Of a stretch of 64,000 bases of DNA, positions 52,869 to 64,000 are shown piece by piece. Position 1 is the stretch's first letter, and each line of letters begins with the position of its first letter. The translations under genes were made by a program, and so were the position numbers. The notes under the pieces were generated by a model. The model did no database searches. It saw only the letters and a list, made by a program, of their open reading frames with translations, and had not been told where the DNA came from. The stretch is taken from contig OX597821.1 in NCBI GenBank assembly GCA_951406725.2, positions 34,782,001 through 34,846,000 on the forward strand, read 5' to 3'. Source of the DNA: Octopus vulgaris (Eukaryota).

Positions 52869-53254
52869 AAATGTACATATTCCATATATTCTTTTCTACT
52901 CTTGGCACAAGGCCTGAAATTTTCAGGGGAGGGAACCAGTCGATTAGATCGACCCCAGTACGCAACTGGTACTTAATTTATAGACCACGTAAGGATGAAA
53001 GGCAAAGTCGACCACGGCGGAATTCGAACTCAGAACGTAAAGACAGACGAAATACCGCTAAGCGTGCTAAAGTTTCTGACAGCTCGCCGCCTTACATATT
53101 CCATATATTATACATACATACATACATACATACACACATACATACATACATACATACACGCACACACGCATACACACACACACACACACATATACATGGT
53201 GATTGTCTACTCCTTATGCAGAGTTTGATCACCTCCTGTACATACACCTTCGCG

Positions 53255-54030
53255 CCATCGTAGCATCTGATGTGGCTTTTTAATCAAGACAATGTTCTGA
53301 AAAGACACCCACATAGATTGCACATGCGATTTGGACTACCAAGTGCTTCAGATAAGTTTTGATCTTTGTAGATCTTAAACTGTCTTTTGAGGCCTCTGCT
53401 AGATTTGAAAACTTTCTGGCATACTCTGCATTCAAAGGTGTGCACAGACATACATGTAGTATAGTTGGTGGAGGTCTGTTTTACATGGATTCGCAAATGA
53501 GATTTGAGCCCAGCAAAAGAAAGGCATGGTCTGTCACAAACTGTGCACACAAAAAGGTCATTGTCATTCACCTTCTCCATCGTAATATTCTTCCTTAGAT
53601 CTCTTTTGAGTCTTACTTGCGTTAGCCTAGCCTCTTCAAATGTTTTCACTCCACTCCACACTATTGTTCACCTTCCAACTCGATCCTCCGCAGCAAGGGT
53701 TTCTATGTCTCCTGGATCTATTCCAAGCAACTTCATAAAAGTCCTTATTCTGTCCTTAAACCTTTTCTTTAGGTTTACGCCGATAGCGTTTCCCCTCTGC
53801 AAGCTCACCATAAAACAGCTGATTTGGCATACGTTCATCTGCCATTCGAACAATATGGCTACACGATCTCATTTGATTCATTAAAAATCATAGCTTTAAT
53901 TGAAGTGATGCCAGCAGATGCAAGGATATCCGTGTTTGGATTAAAAGAACTCCATTTAATGTTTAAAATGCGATGAAGGCATTTTTGGTGGAATTGTTTT
54001 AACAATTGAAAATGCCTTTCATAACAAGAC
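53255..54030 (-). mobile_element. Degenerate RTE/BovB-like LINE 3' fragment with C-terminal C2H2-like fingers
   Basis: Frameshifted peptides FHQKCLHRILNIKW...PNTDIL, KKRFKDRIR...LGID...LAAEDR, then CTVCDRPCLSFAGLKSHLRIH, CRVCQKVFKSSRGLKRQ and CNLCGCLFRTLS*LKSH. Confidence 0.78.
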
Positions 54031-54218
54031 GTTTTGAGATAGGTGAACTAAAAATAAATAAGTAACAAGTGAAGGGTAGGTGTCAATCCATTACGGCCGT
54101 TTCTAGCGAATTTTGTAATTGATAAATGAGTAGATAATATCATTATAAAAAAAGCAAAATAATTCAAAACCATGGTGACATACATATTAAATGATTTTGC
54201 TACTAGCTTAGTCACAAT

Positions 54219-54259
<41 letters not shown>

Positions 54260-54319
54260 ATTTGTTGAAGTAGTTTGACTTTAGAGCCCCATTACAGCGT
54301 GAGGCGTTTAATTATAGTA

Positions 54320-54656
54320 AAGGGTAAAGACCCCCTTCGGTCATGACTGACCATGGGATTGCACCTAGAAAGTTACCCTCCTAGACACAAGTCCGGGCAC
54401 GGTTGTTTATGGAAGACCAGCAGTCGCCCATGCATACCAGCCTCCCCTCTCCACGCCACCAGTGTTATCCAAGGGAAAGACAAAGGCCGATACAGCTTGG
54501 CACCAGTGACGTCGCAACTCATTTCTACAGAACTGGAGCAACGTGAAATAAAGTGCCTTGCTCAAGAACACAACACGCAGCCCGATCCGGGATTCGAGCT
54601 CACAACCTCACGATCGTAAGCTCGACGCTCTAACCACTGAGCCATGCGCCTTCACA
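54320..54656 (-). mobile_element. tRNA-derived SINE, full length, with TSD
   Basis: Head GAAGGCGCATGGCTCAGTGGTTAGAGCG...GAGCTCGAATCCC; TTAATTATAGTAA is duplicated on both sides. Confidence 0.8.
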
Positions 54657-55831
54657 TGCGCCTTAATTATAGTAAGAGCCATGCGCCTTAATTATAGTAA
54701 TAGCCCTTAAATAATTAATGATGTGTTTATATTTAAAGGAAAAATTATATACTTCGTATTAATATTTTTCTAAATTGGTTTTTATGCTGGCTACTTGATC
54801 AATTCTTATATAGATTTTATCCTTTTATATATATAACTAACTCTGATATCCAGAGCTTTTTTCAACCTTCTCATCAAAATATTGTTACTGTTGATTTTTC
54901 ATTCACCTATTTTCTAATGCAATTCCCCCACTATGCGTTATAGTACAAATGATCAAATATTAAAGCTTTAAGCTGACCTTGTGAGGAAGTGGCCTATATC
55001 AAATTTCTACATAATATTTGTAGGATATTTGACCTGAAAATAATTCAAATGTTTCCGTTTCTGTTGACTCAATTACAAACACTAATGTTTTATTGACTGT
55101 CCTTTGCTTAATATCAGTCATCCTCTGTCGTTCAATTTTTCCCAACCGATCAATGGGCCGAGTGAGTGGCTTATATGCACCGTAATAATCCACATGAGCG
55201 GTTCTCTCATGATACATAATGCAGTATTCGGTGTTCTTATACAACATCCACTTTTAAGTGGGGATAAATATTAACTTTTGGTAAAAAAAGCTGGCAGAAT
55301 CGTTAGCGCCTCGGGCAAAATACTTAGCGATATCTCGTCCGTCTTTACGTTCTGAGTTCAAATTCTCCCGAGGTCGACTTTGCTTTTCATCCTTTCGGGG
55401 TCGATAAATTAAGTACCAGTGAAACATTGGGTGTCGATGTAATCGACTAGCTCTCTCTCTTTGCCAAATTTCAGGCCTTGTGCCTATAGTAGAAAGGATT
55501 AATATTTTAATACTGCTTCGGTTGCTTTTATTTTATACATATACATACATTTCATGGAACCAGTATCGTAGCCTTCTCTCACTAATCTAAGATAGCATGA
55601 TAACACATAATTACGATCCTCAACATGGCGATAATTAATTGATTTCACAATCTTTGATTACGTCTTGTAGCAGCGACCTCGCAACCAAACCATTGATAAA
55701 AACACCCACCTGATGACATCAGGAAAATGCTTAAGCTTTTGTCTGTCAATTGCTATAAGGTCTGTAGAGCTCAAGTGTGACCAACAAAGGAATAACACTG
55801 CTGACATATTTGGGTGTTCTACTGCTGCTGA

Positions 55832-55872
<41 letters not shown>

Positions 55873-56077
55873 TTATTATTCTGGTACTACTGCTACTACA
55901 TGTTTTGTATGCTACCCCAGCTTCTGTAAAGAGCTGTTACGTATGTATTGTATGTTTTACCCTTACAAGTAAATAAAGAAATCTATTCCAAAAGGCGGTG
56001 CTCCAGCATGGCCGCAGTCAAATGACTGAAACAAGTAAAAGAGAGTAAGAATATTCCGTTTTCATCATCATCACCAC

Positions 56078-56134
<57 letters not shown>

Positions 56135-56165
56135 AAATCATGCAATATTTCCTGGCTGCCGGCAA

Positions 56166-56220
<55 letters not shown>

Positions 56221-56322
56221 GTCTGTCTATCCACGCACGCACACACACGCACACACACATGGACACATATAACGTGAAATACATATACATACCTACAATA
56301 TCTTTCTATCTCTTAAACATAC

Positions 56323-56526
56323 CTTATATATACTACTACACGAAGCAAATTTCTAGATAGCATCCAAAATAAAGTCATCTGACTAACTGACAAAATCGCT
56401 TTCACTAAAAAGATGCAGCCCTTTATCCACAGACGTGTCGTCATGTTATTCAGACGTTTAGGCGAAATAAACATCAGAGATGTTCTGCCTGTTATTTCCC
56501 CTCTTCGTTTGTATACACCTGTCATT
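56323..56526 (-). CDS. Candidate upstream exon (uncertain)
   Basis: catttacag|A ATG ... ATA AG|gtatgt; 204 nt, open frame with hydrophobic stretches (MTTRLWIKGCIFLVKAILSVSQMTLFWMLSRNLLRVVVYI). The phase-2 donor does not join the phase-1 LDLa exon directly. Confidence 0.25.
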
Positions 56527-56954
56527 CTGTAAATGCTCACTTTACATATATTAATTAATATTAATAACTGCGAAGGCTGAGAAGCCGGCAGAATCGTTAT
56601 CGCGCCGAACAAAATGCTTACCGACATTTCTTCTGTTTTCTTGTTTTGAATTCAAATTCCGGTGCGGTTGGCTTTGCCTTTCAACCTTTTTTGTAGTCGA
56701 TAAAATGAGAACCTAGAGTCGATTTAAGCGACTTCCTCCTTCCTTGTCCCCCAAAATTTGAAACCAGCATTAGTAAATGTGATATCTTGACTATTCTTCC
56801 TGCGCAAACACGCCCACACACGTATACACGCCGCCCACACACATATAAATATATCTGTGTGTGAGCTTAATTACACGGACACACAGACATACACAAATAG
56901 ATATTACAAATTTTGCTTTTCTCACTTCTCTTCATCTCTCTCGCATTCTCCCTA

Positions 56955-56985
<31 letters not shown>

Positions 56986-57079
56986 TTGAGCGTGTATATA
57001 AATATGTGTCTTACTTCGCTTCTTACCTTTTCTTCGCTTCTGTACACTTAATCGATTTCTCTTCGGCATCTAATTATAT

Positions 57080-57151
<72 letters not shown>

Positions 57152-57569
57152 TGATAATATACAAGATACTAAGTAAACACACGTACTGTCAAGAACAGAC
57201 CATCTTAGGTGAATGTTGCAAGTTCAGAAGATGGTATACGAAAGTGACATGTGTCAGAATTTACATGGCTTCATCTCCGAATCCTTTGTGCATGTGTATA
57301 TGGTTGTGTGTGTGTGTGTTTGTGTTTTTGTGCACTTTCGCATTGTTTACACATTGCACTTTTGCTGAGCATCGTGACGGACGCAACATAGATTCTTCCC
57401 CATCATTAGTGTCCTTAAGAACACTGATTACCCGACCACACGAACGCAAACACAAATATACGTGTATTTATAGATATTAGCATTTGCACACACACACACA
57501 CACACACATACACACACACACGCGCATACTGTTGACAAAGGCTGCGTGCAGTTCAATTATAAATAATTA

Positions 57570-57747
57570 AAAATACTCATTAAGTACAGGACATCACCAG
57601 CGAGTGAAAAATACGTAAACACACGACAGATAAGTACAGGACAAACTACCAAAGGAAGTGTAATTCCTCATCAGTTGTCGACTGTTTCTTACTACCCGTT
57701 TCGAGCTTTCAACTTGCTGGTGATGTCCTGTACTTAATATGTATTTT
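57570..57747. repeat. Fold-back element (about 32-bp IR) with CUGAUGA on the minus strand; right arm interrupted by a MITE
   Basis: ATTAAGTACAGGACATCACCAGC versus GCTGGTGATGTCCTGTACTTAAT. Confidence 0.7.
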
Positions 57748-57748
57748 G

Positions 57749-58181
57749 GGATTTTTTCGGTTTGAACGGCAGTTTTTAACATAATTTCTAGGTAACTAAA
57801 AAATTTTAAACTTCGTATACTGGTAGAATGTGTTTATAAAACATCTTTTTTCTCTTGGCTTTATTGAGAAAATTCTATAGTTTGTACGATATTTGTTGTT
57901 TTTTTTCTTCAATTTCTGCAATTTCAACCAATCAATGACCGTATATTGAGGTGAAAACATTCTGTACCGTATGAATATGTCCATCGTTTAAGAAACAGAT
58001 TATGTTTATTTACATTTCTGAAGAAAAAAAGATACCCTTCCCCCACCCTAACCAACCCTAACTCTAACCCTAACTCTAAAATACATTGAAATGCAATAGA
58101 TCGATTCTAGGGTCATAATTATGGGTGACAATTTCATATGACACCGCTAGAAAAAAACTGCCGTTCAAACCGAAAAGATCC
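57749..58181 (-). mobile_element. TTAGGG-containing MITE, complete, 8-bp TSD
   Basis: TSD GTATTTTG / GTATTTTT; both TIRs present. Confidence 0.9.
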
Positions 58182-58194
58182 GTATTTTTAATCA

Positions 58195-58273
<79 letters not shown>

Positions 58274-58275
<2 letters not shown>

Positions 58276-58638
58276 CTCTGCTGCTAACTAGCTGCCTCAT
58301 TTAATTATTTGTATACTCATTAGCGATTCGCTAAATCATCCATAACTTTTTTTTATGGAGTAAACATATGTGCCTGCGGACGTGTTGTCGATCTGTCGAT
58401 CTGTGCCGACCCTTCTGATAATGCTTCGACCTAAAGCTGAACTGTACGATAAAGGGATATCACGATCACTACTTTCCGGTCATCTACGGCTACTGCCAGC
58501 ATGTGTATATATTTTATGTGCTTTGACAGCAGCAACAGAGTCCTTCTATTCTTATTTCCAGCAATGTACGTGTTCTAACAATGTCATATTTATTGTTTTC
58601 CTTTTTAGTGAAACTCTACTAACTAGCTGCCTCATTTT
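58274..58638 (+). repeat. Element bounded by short direct repeats, with a degenerate hammerhead-like motif at about 58408-58457
   Basis: CTAACTAGCTGCCTCATTT at both ends; CCCUU-CUGAUAA-UGCUU-cgaccua-AAGCU-GAA-CUGUACG..AAGGG. Confidence 0.4.
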
Positions 58639-59059
58639 ACCATATATATACATATACTGCTGTAAGGCTTTACTTCCACACACGACAGCTTAATTTAATT
58701 CGTCCTTAGTCGAAAGACACCTGTTGTTATGTCCTGTTATTTGTATTTGTGTAATCTTCTCCGTTTTTTTTCGTACCTGTTTTCGTATACATTCGCTACT
58801 TTCTTCCAAGGAATCTAATGCTCTTAGCTTAGTTTTTCCTTGGGGCTGGCCAGATTAGAGCAATCTCGAGTCTAACAAGCCGAAATTGCAAAGATAATCT
58901 GGAACTCGACTGAGGAAAGGAAACTCCAGATGACCCGTTCTTGTTTTCTTTGTATCGTCTATCTGGATGTTTTGTTGTTCCTTTCTTGTATTACCAAACT
59001 GTCTGAATGTTTTGCGTTCTTGTCCCATTTTGTGTGTATATATATATATATATATATTC

Positions 59060-59236
59060 GAAAAATATACAAGTACTAACAAACGGAACAAATGGAAATT
59101 ACATTATGTCGATAAAGGACCGTAGCAATATCATGTGCAATTGCAACGATCCTTTGGACAATAACTGAAGAGGATTTAGTAACATTCTATGTGTGTAATT
59201 TCCATTTGTTTTGTTTGTTCGTACTTGTATATTTTT
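59060..59236. repeat. Fold-back element (about 42-bp imperfect IR) with an internal AUAACUGAAGAG remnant
   Basis: AAAATATACAAGTACTAACAAACGGAACAAATGGAAATTACA versus TGTAATTTCCATTTGTTTTGTTTGTTCGTACTTGTATATTTT. Confidence 0.7.
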
Positions 59237-59303
59237 ACAAATATACTATTTAATGTAACGCTACGCACCTTCTTATTTTGTAAACATGCAGTATGTGTGT
59301 ATG

Positions 59304-59341
<38 letters not shown>

Positions 59342-59714
59342 CATATATGTATGTGTGTGTGTGTGTGTGTGTGTGAGAAAGGAGAGAGATAGAGAATAAT
59401 TGTTAGACTTCTCAAGGAACACCTCAAGATGCTGCTGCTTCTAATGGTGCATCAAAAGATTTTCGTCGGGGGATCCCATGTAGACTAGCAGGAGATTCTT
59501 TAGATTAAGGTATCTTTGACTCGGTGTGCAACAAACGGATTACCCCTTGTTTGGATAATTACTATTTCTGCGGTTCTGCTATGAAACATATAGCCTGGAT
59601 TTCATTTACTATAGTCCCTAATTTTGGATTTCACAAACACACGCACACACACACACATACACACATCTACCTACCTACCTACCTACCTACCTACCTATCG
59701 ATCTATCTATCTCT

Positions 59715-59940
59715 TCCCCTTTTTTCTTCTTTTTTCATTTTTCTTTTCTTTTGTTCGTTTTCCCTTTTTTCTTTTTTTTCTTTTCCTTTTTTCTTTTTTT
59801 TTGTTCTTTTTTCCCTTTTACGATCCTTTTGATCGAAAACCTACGCCACCTATTTTTTTTCTCCCCCAAAAGAAAAGCTCTACCTTATAACTTGTCCCAT
59901 CTGTGTGCAGCCCTGTGTGGCCAATAAAGAAACTTATCTA
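59715..59940 (+). mobile_element. LINE-like 3'UTR fragment in a (TACC/TATC)n microsatellite; inverted copy at about 61430-61660
   Basis: Pyrimidine tract, then ACGATCC.TTTGATCG...AAAAGCTCTACCTT...TGTGTGCAGCCCTGTGTGGC.AATAAAGAAAC in both copies. Confidence 0.65.
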
Positions 59941-60424
59941 TCTACCTACCTACCTACCTACCTACCTACCTACCTACCTACCTACCTACCTATCTATCTA
60001 TCTATATATATATATCTATCTCTCTATATATTTATATGCATACATATAGCACTCACATATGCTCATATATTCACACACAAACGCCCGTGCGCACACACAC
60101 ACACACACACACACACATTCGTGTCTCAGCTGTGTTTTTTGAAAGCAGCGAGTCAGTTGCATGTCTATCATCAAATCTTCACTCAATTTCTTCTCCACCT
60201 TTATTTGTAAACACATGGATATTTGAACAACATCAACTACTACTACAACTACAACAACAACAACTACTACTACTAATACTACTGCTGCTGTTACTTCAGC
60301 TGTTCATATTGGTTTCAAATGTTGGCATTTCCTATTTGCGCGTTAAAAGAAAATCACAAACTAATGCATAATGCATGACACATTGACAAGAATATAAAGT
60401 AAGCGAAAATAAGCGAAAATAAAA

Positions 60425-61046
<622 letters not shown>

Positions 61047-61664
61047 ACTGTGTAAATGTATTTATGTACGCGTCTCTGTGTATAACTGTGTATAACTTTT
61101 ATCTTTTATTTGTTTCACTCATTGGACTGCAGCCATGCTGGGGCAGTTCTGTTAAAGGCTTTAGTCGAATAAACCGACTCAAGTAGTCCACGTATTTTTA
61201 TTTATTGATTTATTTTTTCGTTTTAAGTCTGGTACTCATTCGATTGGATGTCTTTTGTCGAACTGCTACTTCAGGTGGACATAAACCAGTTTGACATGCG
61301 GTAGAGGGAGGTCAAGCACAAACACACACACACACACAAGTATATGTTTACGTATACATATATACACATACACTCACATATCTATCTATCTATCTATCTA
61401 TATACATATATAAAAGAAGATAGATAGGTAAGTAGATATGTTTCTTTATTAGCCACACAGGGCTGCACACAGACAGGACAGATTACAAGGTAGAGCTTTT
61501 CTTTTGGGGGTAAAAAGAGGGGGTTTGGTTTTCGATCAAAAGGGATCGTAAAGGGAAAGAAAGAGGACAAAAAAGGGAGGAATAAAATTTTTAAAAAGGG
61601 GGAAGAGGAAAAAAAAGGGGAAAAGAAAAAAAAAATTATCAATAGGGATCGTTATCACAGAAAT

Positions 61665-61700
<36 letters not shown>

Positions 61701-63639
61701 GTAGGTAGATAGAAAGGAGGATAGATAGATCGATAGGTTGAGAGATAGGTTGAGAGATAGGTAGATAGGTAGATACATACATACATACATACATACATAC
61801 ATACATACATACATACATACATACATACATACATACATACTTATACACATTGAAAGAATGTGAAAAGCAAAGATGGACAAAACAAAAAGAAGAAAGAAAT
61901 TATGTAAAAATAAATTTAAAAAAAAACAATGATACTAGTAAGAAAAACATGTAGAAAGTGATAGAGATATAGGGTAAGAAGGAAATACAGAAGGAAAGAA
62001 AAAGAAAGATAGCAAGAAACAAAGTGAGATGACTGTAATAACCACTTAAATATATGCAGGTACATAACACTCAACCGCAGATAAATCTCCTCTTAGCGTT
62101 GCAGTTAACAAGAGAGATCAGAGAATAATGCTGTCTAACCGCGTAGTCAACCTTGCGACTTTAATCCTCTTTTTCTTAAAACCTGCCCTACCTAAACTTT
62201 ATGGTCTCCTTCTGCAAAGAGATACTTGAAGACAGTAATTAAAGAGCTTCCATTATACAAGCTTTAGGTAGTTTGAACTGTGTACTCTAAACGAAGATCT
62301 CATTCTGAAGCCCTAAAGAGTAGAGTATAAAAATAATTATGAACACACACACACACACACACACAAAGACTCGAGCGCACACACACTCGCGTACACACAC
62401 ACACGCACACACACACTTGCGCACGCACACACACATACACGCACACACACACACACGCACACAGACACACTCGCGCACACGCACACACACGCACACACAT
62501 ACACACACGCGCACGCACGTGCACACACAGACGCACACACGCACACGCATACACACACTCGCACACACACACACACACATGCACACACACATGTACAGCT
62601 ATATTAAAACATAGACGCACGCACACGCACGCCATCTTCGCCTAAAAATGTCGGTTTACTTCATCGAGAGAATGGAGCGGAAAATGGAGAAAGCTAGTTC
62701 TTTCTTCACTGATTCTACTTGAGAAATAACATCTCTCATCTTGTCTTCACTCAACCTTGCCTATTTTTCAGATCCTGTGTTGAACAAGTGTCATATCTTG
62801 TTTTTCCACAAATAAACTGAACAAGACATCTTGGCGTGGCAGGGTGGGTGAGGGTTTGTGAAAAAAAACAAAGAAAAAAACCCCAAAAAAGCAACAAAAT
62901 TTTAAAAATCAATGATAAACCCAGAAAATAAATTGGAGTTCTTAAGTCGGTTAGTAGGGAGGTCTACAAATCCATTTCCTACCAAATCCTACGTTCAACG
63001 ACGCCACCGTTCTTAGTGATTTTTATCTCATTGGACCCGGATCTTCGAAAGCCGAAAGGGTAGAACTATCCCTGTATTAAGACTTTCCCACCATAATATA
63101 TTCATGCACAGTTATGGCGTTAGACATCTTCGACTCTTCCTCCCTCTAAAATCCCTGTGGAGTAAACAGATCGTGAACCAACAGGTGGTGGTGACAACTG
63201 GGTTTCAGTTACAAATTGCACATAAGCAGTCTTTTGACTATTTGATTGGTCAAATGACTACTAGGTGCAGTCGTTCTTCTCTGAACATGGGGTGGGAGAG
63301 GAATTTAATAGCATTCGGGGTGATCGGATTGTATTTCTTAGGATATCACGGCCAATCGACTTTGTATTTCGCTCCTTTCAAATCTAACACCTACTTCACT
63401 TATGTTAATTACATCTCAGTTTCTAAAATTGATTTAATACATTAAGCTTCATTTCCAGTGATTTACTTTCATGACAAAAATTCTTTTATTCCATCTCGAA
63501 ATTATTTCTAACATAAGCGTTAGTTTTGAGCGTTGGTTACCTCTTTGTCGAAGTGAAATAAACGTAAAATGGAAGACTAATGAAAATTGAAACGAAAGCA
63601 TGAACATTGCTTTTCTGTATACGTAAATTAAAAGCTAAC

Positions 63640-64000
63640 AAGGCGCAGGAGTGGCTGTGTGGTAAGTAGCTTGTTTACCAACCACATGGTTCCGGGTTCA
63701 GTCCCACTGCGTGGCACCTTGGGTAAGTGTCTTCTACTATAGCCTCGGGCCGACCAAAGCCTTGTGAGTGGATTTGGTTGACGGAAACTGAAAGAAAGAA
63801 GCCCGTCGTATATATGTATATATATATATGTATGTGCGTGTGTTTGTGTGTCTGTGTTTGTCCCCCTAGAATTGCTTGACAACCGATGCTGGTGTGTTTA
63901 TGTCCCCGTTACTTAACGATTCGGCAAAAAAGACCGATAGAATAAGTACTGGGCTTACAATAGAATAAGTCCCGGGGTCGATTTGCTCGATTAAAGGCCG
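63640..64000 (+). mobile_element. SINE family 1, running to the window end
   Basis: High identity to other copies. Confidence 0.88.

Noticed and set aside
54999-55247. 82-aa minus-strand ORF as an upstream exon
   Set aside because: No domain similarity or consistent splice boundaries.

Overview
AT-rich, microsatellite- and SINE-dense animal genomic DNA. The repeat families and very long (TA)n, (CA)n and (GATA)n tracts suggest an octopus or other coleoid cephalopod; this is an inference, not a database result. Most ORF-track entries are microsatellite artefacts. Supported content: (1) at 1-2600 the 5' half of an apparently intact minus-strand CR1-group LINE. Its 304-aa ORF1 has an N-terminal Myb/SANT-like (trihelix) motif and a CCCH finger, and it overlaps an uninterrupted APE-RT ORF2 that runs off the window. 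(2) A minus-strand host gene spanning at least 18.1-44.9 kb, with three phase-1 LDL-receptor class A exons, a Thr-rich mucin-like exon, and a charged exon ending in a hydrophobic segment. (3) Introns and flanks filled with tRNA-derived SINEs, RTE/CR1 fragments, Tc1/mariner and piggyBac-like elements, and a TTAGGG-containing MITE with 8-bp TSDs, one copy of which is a mosaic of nearby sequences. (4) About ten short elements, often fold-back and sitting in (TA)n, that carry minimal type-I hammerhead-ribozyme motifs of the Penelope-like kind. (5) An inverted pair of about 260-300 bp repeats with a GC-rich core resembling the 3' end of the 28S rRNA D8 region. Coordinates were read by eye, so repeat boundaries are approximate.
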